From Balanoglossus misakiensis (taxonomy: Eukaryota > Animalia > Hemichordata): a DNA stretch of 64,000 nt. How positions within the stretch are numbered: position 1 is the stretch's first letter; each line of letters begins with the position of its first letter. A program made the translations under genes and the position numbers. Shown in pieces: positions 11,675-27,300 of this stretch. The notes under the pieces were generated by a model that was given only the letters and a program-made list of their open reading frames with translations, made no database searches and was not told where the DNA came from. Location: assembly GCA_040954595.2 (NCBI GenBank), contig CM082577.2:6498301-6562300 (forward strand), read 5' to 3'.

Positions 11675-14600
11675 TCACTTTTTCTTCCTGCCTTTCAACT
11701 TTTTCCGAACGCCAAACGATTCCTCTGTGTCTTCCTCAAGGTCTCTGCCTCTACTCCTTTTTCTGTTGTCGTCTTTATCCGTCATTTCCTGCAACAAGAC
11801 ACGAGATGAGGTTTTATTTCACATGGCAGTATTGTAACAAGACAATCTTTCATAGGGACTATGTTTCCACAAGAAAATGCACGAAAAATAAAAAATCCCC
11901 CAAACCGCACCCTACCCAATCCTATACTGCATAATAAGCATGATGGCACGCTACCATGAAAGCAGATGTTTTTCAAATTCAGCCTTCCTTAACCATCCCA
12001 CTTGTAATATCTTGCTACTCAACCATTTACTGAACACTTTTGGACCTTACACAAAATTTTGTCTGCTATTTAGGTCAACCATGTGAACTGAGACACTACA
12101 ATGCTTGTTGGTCTCAACTGAGAGATCGCTAAACAACAACTGTAGCCAGAAAGTTGCAAGCCTGCAATCGTACATGGATTAAATTAAATCAGACAATCGT
12201 GAATTTTTTTACCATTCTGGCGAATCTCTGAGCTTCCGTCACTCTCTCCACCATCATCATGACCTCTTCCTCTTCCGTTGGATACAACGGCAGTTTTTTA
12301 CCAATCAGCTGTTCTATTCTCTGGTATAACTCGACATCATACCTGAAAGTGATGAAGTGCGGAAATAATTATTTCTTTTAATACGAACAAAAAACATACT
12401 TCTTGAAGTTCTTTATATTTTGAGTCGGGGAAAACATCAGAGAAATGAAATGTCACCATTGATACTTACTGAGTTACAAATGTAATAGATACGCCGGATC
12501 TGCCGGCCCTGGCCGTTCTGCCAACTCTGTGAATGTAATCCTAGGGGAAAAATAAGAATTTTCTAGTTGAGTGACAAGATATGATTACTGACACAGCAAC
12601 ACCCCTCATCAAGCATCTGTATTAGTGCTAATTAACTGTGAAAATATGGTAATTAATGCTCCTACCTTTGAATGTGTGGGAATGTCGAAATTGATGACAA
12701 CATCAACATGAGGAATATCCAGACCTCTGTGAACAGAGCAAGAGAATTTCATGAGGCAAGTCCATCGGTGCATATGAACGTTACTCTTAATGTAAATTCC
12801 TGGTCAGTGTAAGACATAATGCAAAACAATGCATTGCCAGAGGTAGCTTCTGTAACACACTTTCCAAAATGCAAAATGTCAAGTGCAGCTTTTCATACAC
12901 ATTTCCTCACTGAAACATAATAATGACATCAAGTTTGTGAGCTGAAGTTCGCCCACATGTCCAAGAGTGGAGTCTCCAGCCCAACAAAACTAGTGATGCA
13001 GCACCGTTGCTGTAGTCAATTGGGCGTGTGCACTGTTTATATACAAAAAGATTCAAACAAAGCCATTGTCTGTACCTGCTGGCTACATCTGTCGCTATAA
13101 GTATCGACCGACTCTTGCCTTTGAATTTGTTCAGCATTCCCAGTCTTTTATTCTACAGAGAAAACATCGAGACACTGAGCGATAAAATTGATAATCATAC
13201 AAATCTAACACGAGGAAACGCATCAATTGCACTGGTGAATGGAGGAGCCATATCCGTCAATAGCTTGTATCTGTTGCTGCAACACAATTGTTTTGTGTAT
13301 AGTCTTTCTGCATTGCAGTACAAACAGTCTTCTAAATCCATCATCTCTGACATGCTGCACCTCAAAAGCACTAACCTGGTTCATCTGTCCATGCAGCGGT
13401 ACAGCCGTCATGCCGAGGTTGCGTAACATCAATGTCACTCTCTGTGTGTTGTTACAAGTACTGCAGAACACCATGAATGAATTGCCCGCCAACTCGTTCA
13501 GAATGTACACCAGGTAGACATCCTGGAACAATGTAGGACAGGAACTGAATGAGATTTCAGTTCTACTTTACAAGACGACAAAACACTAGACTAAAGTATA
13601 TTTCACATAGCAGACGGCCATTAAAAACCTACCTTGAATTTACTGGGGATGAAGAGGTAATGTTGCTGTAATTTATCGACAGTTTGGTATTTGGTGGACA
13701 CTTCCACTTTGACAGGATTCTTCAACGACGCTCTCTGTAACTTTGCAACCTGTAAGAACAGACACCCATGAAATCCATGAATAAATGGTTTTACTGTAGA
13801 GATATTAAACAGCTTCTATTATTTAAATAGGGATAAATTTTACAGCATTTCTCATCCAGAAACTCCCATTACCTTTTTCGTCATAGTTGCCGAGTATAAA
13901 TAGGTTCTTCGTTCTTTGGGAATGACTTTTAAAATCTTCTCAACTTCAGTTTCAAAATCCATATTGAGAATTCTGTCTGCTTCGTCCATGACCTAGATGA
14001 TGTGTAATATGACAGAAAACATATAATTTATTTCTTCTTTTATATTATTTTGCTTTCTATATGACTATACTTTCATATTTGATTTGATTTGATGATTGAT
14101 GCAAAGAAATAATATTTAGCCACACAACTCACCAAATACTTAAGGGATCTCAAATTGAATCCTTTTGTATTTTCAAGATGGTCCACCAGTCTTCCGGGTG
14201 TCGCTATGACGATATGTGGTTTCTTGGCTAGCTGTAAGGATTGTGTCATCATGTCTATACCACCAATCACCACAGCTGAGACAAATAGGAAAAAAAGACA
14301 AGTGTATCAATGCTTGTTTTTGTACCTAAAAATTCATTTAATTTTTTCTAATTCACCTATTTCCTCTAACTTAATATCAACATACAGTATATCCAAATCA
14401 TGATCTGTTGGGGTTCTTTTTGACAATATCACTGCTCATGAACCAGTCATACAAGCTCTCCCTCTTCTCTCTAACATGTCAGATACAATGTATTTCTCCC
14501 CTCCCTAACCCCCATCTTTCTGCATGTCTTCTCCTCTCCCTCCCCTTTCTCTTTCACACACACACACACACACACGTACCCCCACCCTCACTTACCACAT

Positions 14601-15660
14601 TTGACTCCTATACTTGATCCCAGCGCTTCAAATTGTTCTGACAGCTGGAAAGCCAGTTCCCTCGTCGGTGTCAGAACCAATGCGAATAACCTCTGCGGAT
14701 GTTCCAGCAGTTCTTGTAGTATAGGAAGTGCAAACGCTCCTGTTTTCCCTGATCCAGTCTCAGCTAGTCCGATCACATCCCTCCCTGCAATCCAAATTGT
14801 GAACCAAAAAATCAAAATGTTCAAAGTCCGGAACACTTTGAACAGAACACTATCACACATAGCTTCAACGATTGTAGCGGGTGCACACTGGTTGACCGCG
14901 TCCGCCACTAAAAGGAATTTCTCCCAAAATGTGACCTCACCTTCAAAGGACACTGGCAACGCTTCCCTCTGTATCTTTGTGGGTGTTGTCCATTTCAACT
15001 GTGCACAGGCTTCACACAATGCATCCACAACACCCTGTGAAACAGAAGCGCAATATGAGATTCGAGTCTACCTATATCCCCCCCCCCCCACAAGAAATGA
15101 TATACTTGCATATAAAGTTGTATACTTCCACTCGTGTAAGTTTCTAAATGAGATCTAGGGATAGGGAATGCCAAGAATTGAACTTCAAGAATTGTTTAAC
15201 AAGTTGTTCGCGGTCAACCTACTTAGATGCTTTGCGATGTTCATATGTCTATAGAGATACCGGAAGTTAGGGTGTTACTGACACCTATCACTAGTATCAG
15301 TCTTCTACTATCATTACATTTTCCACGGCGAATGAGTAAATATTGGAGATGGTTTTGTATTTCTGGCCTTATACAAGAATTCTTTCAATTTCGTTAAATT
15401 CGGGTTGAACGTAACGCCTGTGATCGCTACCACGTCACACGTGTTTTCTTCCATATCGTGCTTTCTAATGAATGGAAGCGATCTGCTTTTCCATTTAGAA
15501 ATAGGGAAAAGCGGAAAAATAATACGTATTGCTATGTACTAGTGGATCTAAATGTGGTACAAACCAATGATTTGAAGGTAACTGGCGTCTCATCGACGTC
15601 TTCCGATAGAGCTTCGGTCCCGGCTTCGGTAACACTGTTTGTTTCGATGGAGGCAGCCAT
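11675..15660 (-). CDS. DDX47: DEAD-box RNA helicase DDX47/Rrp3 (~452 aa)
   Basis: Exons (minus) 15660-15565, 15034-14941, 14784-14596, 14275-14133, 13992-13873, 13749-13633, 13522-13376, 13152-13076, 12726-12666, 12540-12470, 12342-12213, 11788-11675 (TGA); 1359 nt in frame. Motifs [63 protein letters not shown] and basic C-tail. Confidence 0.96.
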
Positions 15661-15801
15661 GATTGCGCAAATAATGCCCTTTTCTTTCCACATATGAACT
15701 GCGGTGGCGCTAATCATGAGAGACTCGCTCCGACCACATGCTCCGAACATGACGATGAAACGGGTTGTGTCAGTGACCGTGGGTGGGTGTATGTAACAAT
15801 T

Positions 15802-15924
<123 letters not shown>

Positions 15925-16736
15925 GGGATACTAAAAATCACCAGGAAAATATAAAATCCTCCGGCCCTACCCTGGAAGTAAATTCTGAACAGTCCCCAAC
16001 AATATGCACGAAGCATGCTCACGCCGTTTTTGGCCAATCAATTTTGTATGAAAATGTTTTCCCACTTGAACCACTACAAGCAAACAATAATTTTCCAGAT
16101 GATCATCCAACACTGACGACAATCAGAAATTACCATGGCCTTGTTTTTTGAACTATAATAAGAACATCCTGCCTGCTTCTGGGAAATACATGTACATGTA
16201 AACACGTACACCTTGAGGGTTTTGGCAGTTTTCTCATCATAAAAAAATGAGGATAACAGCTGGATTCTACATACAAGTTCGATTGGGGCGTTGTAATTTC
16301 ATCCCTGTAGGCCTAATTTATACAAACGGACGAAATCACGTCGACTCCGACATATCCGCCAATTCCTGTTTAAATGTCAGAGAATCGTTTTACACTTCTA
16401 TTTCAGCAATATCCAGCAGAGGCGGTCCGTGCACGTGATTTAGATGAATTTAGGCTGCGGCCCCGACATCATTACTCGAACAAGCTCCGAGTTAAATTCG
16501 ATGACTACTAAAACGGCGCAATTTGTTCAATGCATGTATCATGCATTATAATTTTGACTTAGAATTTATATCGTTCATTTTTTTACCGGCAGCATCTATA
16601 GTTCTCGACAGCCGACTGAGAATTCGGAAGTCTGGTGTCAAACACGTCAGACTCAATGGCACCATTCATAAATACCCGGTAAATGTTCCCGTATAACATT
16701 TATGCAAGGAAGATAGCAACGCAGTAATCGTTGATG

Positions 16737-17050
16737 ACGAATTCTGCTTCATATATGGACATGGCATGTCTTTCTTCTATTCGACTCTAATCGTCACCTT
16801 TATTTCTACTAGGCTGTATGACAAGGGAGATGTTTTCAACTTACTGTCATCAAGTTTGCGCACCTTGACAGGAATATATTCCATTCTCACGAGCTACTGA
16901 CTTTGAAAGACACAGTGGGTCACCTATCTTGCAAACTTATATTGCAGAAAAAAAGACTAGTTTTGTACAAATTAACGCTGTTTGGGTTAGTTTCATGAAC
17001 TAATATATAAGTACAATGCATCCTTTAAAACAGCAATCACTGATGGAAAT
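16737..17050 (+). mobile_element. Decayed Penelope-like retroelement reverse-transcriptase (C-terminal) relic
   Basis: Frameshifted peptides in order: TNSASYMDM, FDSNRHL, TRLYDKGDVFN, TVIKFAHLDRNI, HLSCKLILQ, FHELIYKYNASFKTAITDG, resembling the ASYLDL...LYDKRDDFNF.I.NFP.L.SNIP block of Penelope-like RTs. Family assignment from recall. Confidence 0.65.
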
Positions 17051-17959
17051 GAATTGTTTGTCCCACATCGACTTTTGATAAAATCAATCTGGCTTTGTTC
17101 CTGCGTGGACCAGGTGTTCAATTCGCAATATTCAAGCTTGTAGATTATATTTTTTAAACGCAGCATGGATTAAATTTGTACGCGTCCTGGTATTTTCCTT
17201 GTTTTCTGAGATGTTTAATCTGTCGTGATCGATTTCTTTAAAAATAACGTGACAGAAAAGATTGAAAATTAGAATTCATATCGAAGGAAAGCGGATAATG
17301 GATTATAGGCCCCTAGGCCTAACGCGCACTTCAAAAATCTTACACCTTGAATATTTAGATGTCTCTGAGCGTTGCTGCAGGCCTACATGCACGGTCACCA
17401 TGTGATGTGTAAACCCTGTTTTTTAAAGTGAAATATTTTAAATTCAATGTGGTCCCGAATTACATTTTAACTGTTAGGAGCTTAAGGCTTAGAACTATTG
17501 ATAGTATCTTTGCCGGTTGTCTTTGTAGCCTGCCTAAGCTTTTTCTTTAGGCCTATTTTCACTTCCTGACATTCAAAGTCGTCAGCTTACTGTAATTGGC
17601 CGAGCTTATTTATATAGTTTATCCCAATAGTGGTTCTCGAGAGGAAAACTGGACATCATTATGGTATTCATCAAATGTAATTCACTCGTTCTTAAAATTA
17701 TCATTTGCCATTTTGGGCCTAAACGTATTTTTATCAATCATCAAGGATGTGGTATCCCTTGAGTGAGATCATCAATGTATAATAACGTTGTTTAAAAATG
17801 TTGATTTAATGAGCATTTCATTGCTACACTGCCGTCATGGACACATTTCTACAAATACAAGCAAACAAAACAAACAATGCAATTTAAGTATTTGCCTATG
17901 CACGTGTAGTCAACAACAACAGGACGCCGTACCCGGATCACCTTCGTCTGCTTCACGAT

Positions 17960-17990
17960 ATACCCTCCCAATCAATGACGTCATTCGGTT
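17960..17990 (+). promoter_or_regulatory. Candidate RAB11FIP proximal promoter element (CCAAT + CRE)
   Basis: CCAAT at 17968 adjacent to perfect TGACGTCA (17976-17983), ~350 bp upstream of the ATG in CpG-rich DNA. Confidence 0.4.
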
Positions 17991-18333
17991 TATCAAAATT
18001 CATCCGCGGATTATAGTTTCTCTATGTTGAGCTTGTTTAGTGGTTAATTTTCGTTTAATAATCATTTTAAAAGTAATACTATGGATGAATCGAAAAAATC
18101 CGCGTAAATTTGTAAAGTTAAGTTAAGATATTAAATACTGACTAGTGGGTCTATTTATTAAGCGGAATGATATCAGTGATAAAGGTAGGTGTTATCACCC
18201 TTATAGTGATACTGCAACTGTTTATATCAAAATGGTGAGAAGAGGCAATGCACGGACTTGAGACATCTATGCTTAATTGCGATTTCTGTGCCGTCCAAAT
18301 GATTTCCAGGCCACAAAGCCGACCTTTCGAGCT

Positions 18334-21300
18334 ATGGAGGCAGATTCCGACCTTGATCACCAATTGAAGGTAGCATTCAATGCTTTTGACGAGGGAAAGC
18401 GTGGTTTTATCAGTAGTGAACACTTCGTAAACATTGCACACAGATATTTCAACGTTACGTACGCGAAGAAGGAGGTAAGCAAAGCTGGAAAAAAATATTT
18501 CACGTGTATATAGACTGTACTTAAAACGTGAGCATTTTTCAGTAGTAGCGTAGCCTTTGTTTATATATACGTTATATGCAAATGTTCTAATTTTGCAGTA
18601 AATGCATGCAGACAGCAACACACTGTCGTCTGCCAATCGTGTCGTTTAGTAAAAAAGATCAAAGTGATCAGTGTCGCATTATTCAAGAAATCAATTCAAA
18701 TTATTACAGTACTTGAAAGTCGATCACCTTACAAATCTGTGTGAAAACAGTTTTGATACACACTTCCTAAGGAAAACGGAAAGTGACCTCAAAGAGACGG
18801 AAGGTGTACTATTTTGTCGTCTGTCATTTTGCAGAGTGGAGTGACCGTTGAAACTCTGAGTTCCGCAGAGTGCAGTGCAGGTGACTGATTGCATTTTAGC
18901 CGCGCAAAACTTATGTGCGTTCAAGCCGCAAAATTACTACCTCTGCATTTCTTAATAAATTAATATGCGGCAATAAAATTAAGAATTTAGTCTGACTACC
19001 AAAAGGACTATTGTCTGACGTAAACACGGTTAGAGAATGTCACCAGGCCAGGCTGAGTACACAGTTATATTTACAAACATAATCTACACTTTTAAAGTCT
19101 AGGCACGTGAGTAACCGGAACAGATTAAAGTTGTTTTGTGTGTGGTATTTTTCAGAAATATTTCCCGAATTACTCATTCTCGATGGCGCGTGTTTGAATT
19201 TTATAGACACTGACTGGGTGAATTTACTTCCGACAGACTGCCAAACGTCTAACGTTCAAACCACAGTCGTCAGCCATTGAGTAAACATTGTACAAAAGAA
19301 AGAGTGATTTAAATTTGAGACAATGGGAGTTAACAAAAGAAAACGGTTACAGTGGTGGACCAGTGTTCTATTGTTATGTCTGAATGTGAAAGTTGTGGCC
19401 AGGTCCAGCAGTGGCCAGAGCTATTGTCTGCCAAGGGTGTTAGTATTAGTAGTACTGATTGTCAACGTCAACTTCAAGAGCCACTGTCTGCCAGGAAATC
19501 TTTGCTCATGGGGAAATGAAAAAAAAATATATTCCTTATACCTGTTATCATCAGATCTAAAATTTTCCATGGTAACTACGACTAAATAAAATTTTCGTAG
19601 AACACCATCTACCTTTACGTGAATACACATGGTGTTATCAGCCAGGTTCTTGATAGGTCTAAAATAACAATCCAATGGTTACCATAGCAACTCTGCATAT
19701 TTTTATATAACAGTGCAGTAAGCAATATTAGGAAAGAGTTTTCATTAAAAATAATACAACATATGAAATATAATTCTAATATCATGAAACAATGAATGTT
19801 TTATTTTAATTAATAGTTTATTTGCAGAAGATGTATTGCTTTAATATAAGTATTACAAGCCTACCTTCATTTTTTTTCCATGGAACACACTTTAAGTTAC
19901 CCGGGAGTGGATTTCCAGCATGTGACCATTGTGAAAATTACACTCAGTGTGAGAGTCTCATCATGCAGTTTTCAAAATGCTGTTTTCTTCTCTTCCAGAG
20001 AATTAATGCTATCTTGCACCACCTTGATCCAAAGAAAACTGGGAGAATTGCCTTCGGTCATTTTTGTCAAGGTGTCAAGACCATTTTGAAAGAAATTGAA
20101 GGTATGTTGGAATTATTTAACCTCCGCTTTAAAAAAATTATAATAAAATACAAGCATTGAAGATGGTGTCTAGCAGCATTTAATTTGTCCTCAGATTTTG
20201 TCTGGTGGCTGAGGCACTGTTTGTGCCTTGACAGTGCTATACTGAAATCTTTGGCTTAAATGTTTAATTGCAAGGTCATTTGAGGCAAATATTTGCCATA
20301 AAAACCTTGAAACTTTCCCAATGTCATATGCAAGCTTAAAGGTAATCCCATCATTGTTTTTGTCAATACCTATTCATATGTATATATATGTCCTGTTTTA
20401 ACATCTGCTTGTTTTGCTGTATATGTTCGAATCATGTCATAATATTTTATAAAGACAAAAACAGAAGCAAAATTTCAGTTCAGTATTTCCCAGAACAAGA
20501 TAAATGTAGTATCTAATATAATGATACTGTCTGGTTTTACGTTTGTCATGAAAAATAAAGTGCAAAATACTTAAACAGAAAGAGCCAAAGTGACCAAATG
20601 AATTTGATGGCATCGGTGTGTTAAAAAGCTTCACGGGAGAAGTAATTTGTTCAGCATGTATGATGTACCCTTGAAAAAAAAATCACCAAAACCTCATTTA
20701 TCTACAAGAATATGTTTGCTCAGATCAACCCCTCATTATTGCAAAATCTGGCTTCTTTTTTCTCGTTTATATGCCCCACCTGCGTAGGCAGAAATTGCTA
20801 TCTCCCAGAGGACTTGGTAGAAACAGGGAAATATTACATTTCCTCCTGGTTTTACCTCATTTATACCAGTTATTTCCAGTTTTATCTTCGGGAACGGCTT
20901 AAATCTTCGTTTTCCACAATCAATATGATGATTGAAAAATTTACCAATTTAGATTTGGAAGCCAGTTTATATATTAATATGTATCTAGTTGGTATTTTCT
21001 AATTGCATTTCAAATTATGCAGTTTTTTCTGTTAGTTACAATTATGTCAACCAACATCCTCATACATGTAGCATTTATACTAGGATTGTGGTCAAATATT
21101 CTTGGTATATTGGTGTTAATCATTTGTTTTATGAAACTGTGATCACATAATTAAGGTGATTAATTAGTTGAGTTCAACTGATAGTGTTCTGGTTTGTACA
21201 TTTATATAGCCTAGGCAAGTATCTGTTATTTTTAGGCGTATGAATGTAGCACTATAGTGTATTTGAATTTGCATGCAAACAGGTAGGGTGAAACTGCCAT

Positions 21301-24300
21301 ACAATGCTGAGGTGCTTGATGGCCCATGAAAAGTTCAGCTATACCTCCCAAGCCTGACATAGTTTTGATACCCACGCTTTATAAAAAATAACACAGTAAC
21401 GTAAATCACCACAGGCAGATCCTGAGTAACGCAAAGTATCTAATGCCAAGCTGTGAACAACGAAATAATAGAACACAGGTGACTTGAGAAGTTTCTGAAA
21501 TAGCTGTGAAACTTTAGCAGACTAATATAATCTTGTACTATGGGTTTGAAAAGTATTGACCCAGTTCACGTTAATTTGTGTGAAGAACTCTGAATAGTGT
21601 AGAAGAAATGCTTAACAATGGATCCTTGAGGTGGTTCCTGGGTAACTGATCTGTATGGCAGTAATTCTGCTGTGTTCCCTGTCAACTTTATCTGTAAAGG
21701 TAGGAATGTCATGCCACCAGTAAATTTTAAATCTTTGTAGGGGAGCAATAACACAGTCAGGTTAATAATGAGGGTGTGTCAAGTCACCAGCCAGATGAAT
21801 TTTAACAAAAGTCATTTGATCCGAAATTCTTATTCTAACGTATTAGAATGTCCCTAATTGGCCAATTGACACTTGAGAGCTGGGGATAGGATTATGAAAG
21901 TTTAAACATTTGAAGAGCAGATGCTAAGAACAGATTTTAGGCAACATACACATTCATGTATGTGTACATGAGTCTATATAAAACTGTGAACTCCCTTGTA
22001 AATGTATGCTATTGCCACGCCTGTAAATATACAGGTCAGCTGCTGCAACTGAAAACAATATCTCTAATTACTCATGAATCAGTATTATTGTGAATACATG
22101 TACATGTATGCGGAATGAGAGAAATATATGTACAAAGCATGATAAAAGGAAAGAGAATAACAAGTTGCATGTTTTCTGTGTGAAATGGAAATTATAAATA
22201 TGCTTGTATACCAGGAACTAAATTGTTATTTGCAAATGATGGAAAGATCTGCTGGGGTATTAGGTAATACAGACCAAAATAGATTTTTCAAAAATACCAG
22301 GGGTTGAAAAGTCTGATGATCAGGAGTAGAACTAGAAGACCAGACTCCTGATGTGAATATTGATCACGTCTTTAGTACAGTCGCTTGCCCACTGAAGTAT
22401 CCATGGTAACAACTATTCATTACAAAAATGATTTCTTCTGGTCTTGCAGTCAAAAGGAGTTAAGTCTCATCAGAGTATCTAAATTTCGTTTGATGCAGAG
22501 AATACCTGATAATCTTTGATAAAACACAAATTGGTATGTGGCATGAATTTTCTGATGGAAATTTTTTTGAGCATGAAATAATGAATTATTCATGAGGCAG
22601 AGAGATTGCCAGTGGAGTGCCTATCAGGCAGTGTTGAAATTTTCATGCAAGTATAATACCTATATCGGAATAGATAGCCTTGGCAATAGCCAGTGTTGCC
22701 TGGATACCTGACATAAGACGAAACTGAACAAACAAATCAGCTGGTTTAAACACTTCAACAGGGTGGGAAAACAAATATGAAAGAGATTTATCAATATTGA
22801 CAGACGTGTTCATCTTTCAGTACATCATGTTATAGCTAGTCTCCAATATCTCCAGAAATCTTCGTATCATATCACAAGTTCTGTATCACAAGTTCTGTAT
22901 ACACATGTGAACCTCACTGTTTATGTGCTCACTGATGCAATCTTCTCAAGATTATCATCTCATATTTCCGAGAGAGAAAAAACCCAGCTGATATTACTTT
23001 CTCAATCTCATCAGGTATCTAACTTTTGTTGGTCAGATTTCGTGAAATCAGGTTCTTCGCGAGGAAAATGATGCAGCATATTTTTATTCTCGTTTGATTC
23101 ATTGCCATGAAAAATGGCTTCTTTTTCATTGGAAACACTGTAAATGATATGTACCACACAGGTATAAGTATAGATTTTGTACTTTTCATACACTTTAATT
23201 TGTGGAATAAAAATCATCATTTTATAATGCATAGCAGCTTATAAGACTTCTCTTTCAAGACACATGACAATGAGCCACATATAATGAGGATGTTTGATAA
23301 ATATCATCGCTATGCACTGTGGAGGGACCTGTCTATCTGTACCTGACTTGGCTGCACAATATTAAGATCTGCCTGCATTAGGAAGAGCCCACAAATTGAA
23401 TTTCCTTCATCCCATTTCCATCATTACCGTTGGTTGCCATGGCAGCATACAGGGCAGCTATTGCATCACTGCTGGTACAGTCAAACACGTTTTCTCTGGT
23501 TCATCATTTGCTGCCTTTGGTCTGCCTCGCATTAACCTGTTAGTCCATTTGGTATTTATTTCACGTCAAATACCAACTATGTGACCGCAGGTCAATTGGC
23601 TTTAAAACCTCTTGATCTCTGATCAGCTCATGCATTGTAAATTCTGGCAGCATCAGTGCATTCCAAACTAGTGAAGAAAATTAAATGTCTACGTCTTACA
23701 ACACAGCAAGTTTGGCTGTCAGTTATCCTGTATGCATCAGTATTGTCAGGAAACTTAGTAATAATCTAAATGGAATGTTTGACATGTACATGTATAATGT
23801 AAATCCAAAGTCTAGACTTGTTTTTTTACAGCTAAACAAACAAGCTCTTGGCAGGGGAACACTTTAGCACTAAGTTGGTAATGTTGTGTCTTGATAAATG
23901 TTGCTAGGTACTTCTCTTAAATGAAATGTGGGCTATAAAATGGAACTTGATCAGGTCTGTTTGCTGTCGTTATAAAAATATTGACTTTTAAAACATCAAT
24001 CAAAATGAAAACAGAAGTATAAATTTTCCAATATCATTTTACTTTCTGAAAATAAATGTATTGGCCAACATTCAGATGTCTGCTGTTGTTTCTAAATTTT
24101 GCCTTTAGTGCATTCTTGTCATTAGTGGCAGTTGTTATCACAATTCTGTGAGAAAATTTGGTGAGGTTCTGAAAATTAACAAACAAAAGAATTGCACAAA
24201 TCTAAAATTTAAGTTTATTAAATCTTTCAAATATTGGAAAGAAAGTTGATACTGAATGAGAGGTTGGATATGACAGTCCAAATAAAGAATCAGTATGTTC

Positions 24301-27300
24301 AGAAGAATATTGACTGTTAGCTGATATTTTCGACTTCCTGCGCAAGACCAAGTCATCATTAATATTTAATGTACAGAACTGTAAGATAGTGCAGTGGATT
24401 ATCAAATTGTACCATGTCTCATTGCGTAACCAGAGTGGTGATCAATTTAGTGCCAATGGATGTTTAATTCTGCCCCCGTTATAAATTGTGGTCACTTGTT
24501 TGTTTGATTTCTTGGCGTGAAGTCAGAAAAGGGAGCATGAAGTTGACTCCTAAAATGTTTTGTAAAAAATGAGTAACCACAAGTTGTTGCTATTATTGCT
24601 TGTGGTTGCTTTAAACAATTCAAAGTGTTGAAAAACATGTCCATTAAGTCTCTCGTAAAAACTTTGTCATTATGTTATATTTTTGGATAATTGACGTCAC
24701 GTTATAAAATCAATGACGCTTTTGTTTAGGTGTGTAGAGGGTAGAATTGTTTTTCGGACAAAGGAAGACATTACTGACTTGTGAATGTTACCAAAACAAA
24801 CACTCAACAATTCATAAGTTCTAAATTTGAGTGTTCTGGTCGCTATGAATCAACAGGTGTGAGTCAGTGTGAGGATACTAAAAATCAATGTCAGTTGAAA
24901 ATTTATGTGACTCTTGTAATTAATATGATCTTGTAATTTGATTCATATCATAAAGTGTATCAGCTGATATTCTTAATAGGAGAACACAGAACATTTGAAA
25001 TAGAATTTACCAGGCACCAGGAAACTTGTTTCTTGGTCCGTGCACCAGACAGGTGATGGGAACCAGGTCATTGCACATAAAATGCTCTTATCCGATTAAT
25101 AATACATCATGTGTCACAGTGGTATTTTATATTTGTAGTAATGGTTAGAGAAAGTTTGATTTTTTTTGGGGGGGGGGGGGCTTGTATATTGCTCAAAAGA
25201 ATGAAGTTTTATCATCAAAAATTGTTCTGCTACATGTCTTACAAAATGAAGTTATACCAGTAACAATGAATCATATGCATTTAAAACTTTATCAACATTC
25301 GGGAGTTTTTCCGAGAATAACTTGTTGCCATAGATACATTATATATATACTAACGTATTAGAAGATTAATAAACCTCAACATGTACCAGTATATTTAATA
25401 GTCTACCTTAATGCCTGCTTATCGTGAGAAGTACTGCCACATAACTAACCTTTTCTGACATTCGTAGCAATCTATGTAATCAACTTTATAGCTCCTGACC
25501 CAGTGCTGTACACTGTTGTCACATTTGAAGAAAAATTGCAGTATTGCTCGGGGGATAGATTTGGTTCACTGGCTCGAACTAAGAAATTGGCAGATCTCAA
25601 GAACACGGATTTTGATTGGTCTGTCTTGTAAGTTGCCATGACAGCATTTTGCAGTCTGCCTATCAGCTTGTTGCACTTTTATGTGTCTGGTTTCTCTCAT
25701 CCACATTCTACATCTGATTGATTCAGTTTTAGATTTAGTTGGAAATAAATCAGATTGGTAAACTGCATTTGTGAGTTTGGAGGTAATGTCCATGGAAAAG
25801 ATGTCATACTATTGTTACAAAAATGAGAAATGTGTTTCAAATTTTGCAGCAGATTTGTTGAAGTGAGTGACTGCATTTTATTGAAATTTACAATCAATTC
25901 CGGGATAGACAGGGTGTCTTCTCTTTTATTTTAGGATGTGGGAGTCAACATTTACCTTAACAACTACGGAGAGTTCAACAAACCTACACATTAATTTTCT
26001 CGTCACGAATTCTGTAAAATATGACAGATTATAGCTGGAATGCAACTGCGTATATTACGAACGGCGGTGTAGTGTTGCTTCAGGGTTCTGTCGTTGACGT
26101 TTAATACTTTAAGTCAAAATGTAATCTTCAACAGGTTATTGCATATTATATTTTCAAGGAAAGATCATCAATTTTGTACGTGTAATGCATGTTTAGAATT
26201 AGATTAGGCTGACTTGGGTATACGTAAGGAGAAGAGGGCTTCTTTATAGTTGGCAATGCATGCACGTGTACAATTGTAATTAGTCATTTGTGGCAGATTA
26301 ACTGCAAATTAAACCATGGCATTTACAAATGTGCCAGTCGCGCAGTTTGGAATTTTAAACAGGGTAATTTTGTTGTCATTAATTTGTCTGTGCAATTGTT
26401 TTGTTTGTTTCTGTAGGCGCCAATCAATATCACGCTCTAGTGAGCACCCCCAGTAGTACTCCCACTAGTAACCATAGCAACAAAGTTGGTGAAGACCTGG
26501 CTGTCCGTGATGATGATAACAACAGTTGTGGAGTGAGTATACCACACATCATTTATTTTTTAGTATCCATTGCTTTCTATGGTAAGGTTTGACCTCTTTG
26601 ACCTCTGAGCTTCTCTGAAATGGTAATAAGGACACATTCAGTGAGAGGATAAGTTTGCATAGCTGACACAAGGAGGGTTGTGAGAAAGTCTGCTATGCTG
26701 GCTGCAAGCTCTCAACATGATGTACATGTATCATTGATACACGAATGGTTAAATTGTGTTCTCTGATTGAACTCATTTCATGCAGCATAATTGGCTGTCT
26801 TTCAACTGCGTCCTTGGTGCATTATACGATGCAATGAATTGTATAACCTTATGTAGACTATCAAGATGAGGGAAAAGATGGAAGAGAAAAAAAAACCAAG
26901 TCGATGGCCATCGTGATAACAATCAGTGCCTGGTTCCACCTGCATGATTAATGGGCGCTGGTGCCCTAGAATTTTTATTGCAATGCTCAGAGAGACTACA
27001 CAATGACGTTCTCTCAGCTACCCTCCATTTTAACACTTGATGATCAGAATGTGAAGGTTTGATGGCATATCTATGTGGATCGTTTCCCTTCCATTATTAT
27101 CATGATCATGTTATGCCAGATGTGTGTCATAGCGCCCTCTACGGGGAAATTAGGTATCGTAGGTAACTGAACTGTGTTGCTGTGACAACCACGATCATCA
27201 TAAGGATATGGCGTTTGTAGTGGCCTTGTCAATGTGAAAATGACTTAATGAATTGGAGAATTTCCTGTTTGAGGTACATACTAGTATGTAATGACAAAAT

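Noticed and set aside
12727-13075. Possible H/ACA snoRNA in DDX47 intron 8 (hairpins, ACAGAA, ACA)
   Set aside because: The best hairpin pair lacks H and ACA boxes; the boxed pair has a weak first stem and wrong pocket-to-ACA spacing. A covariance search could still be run.
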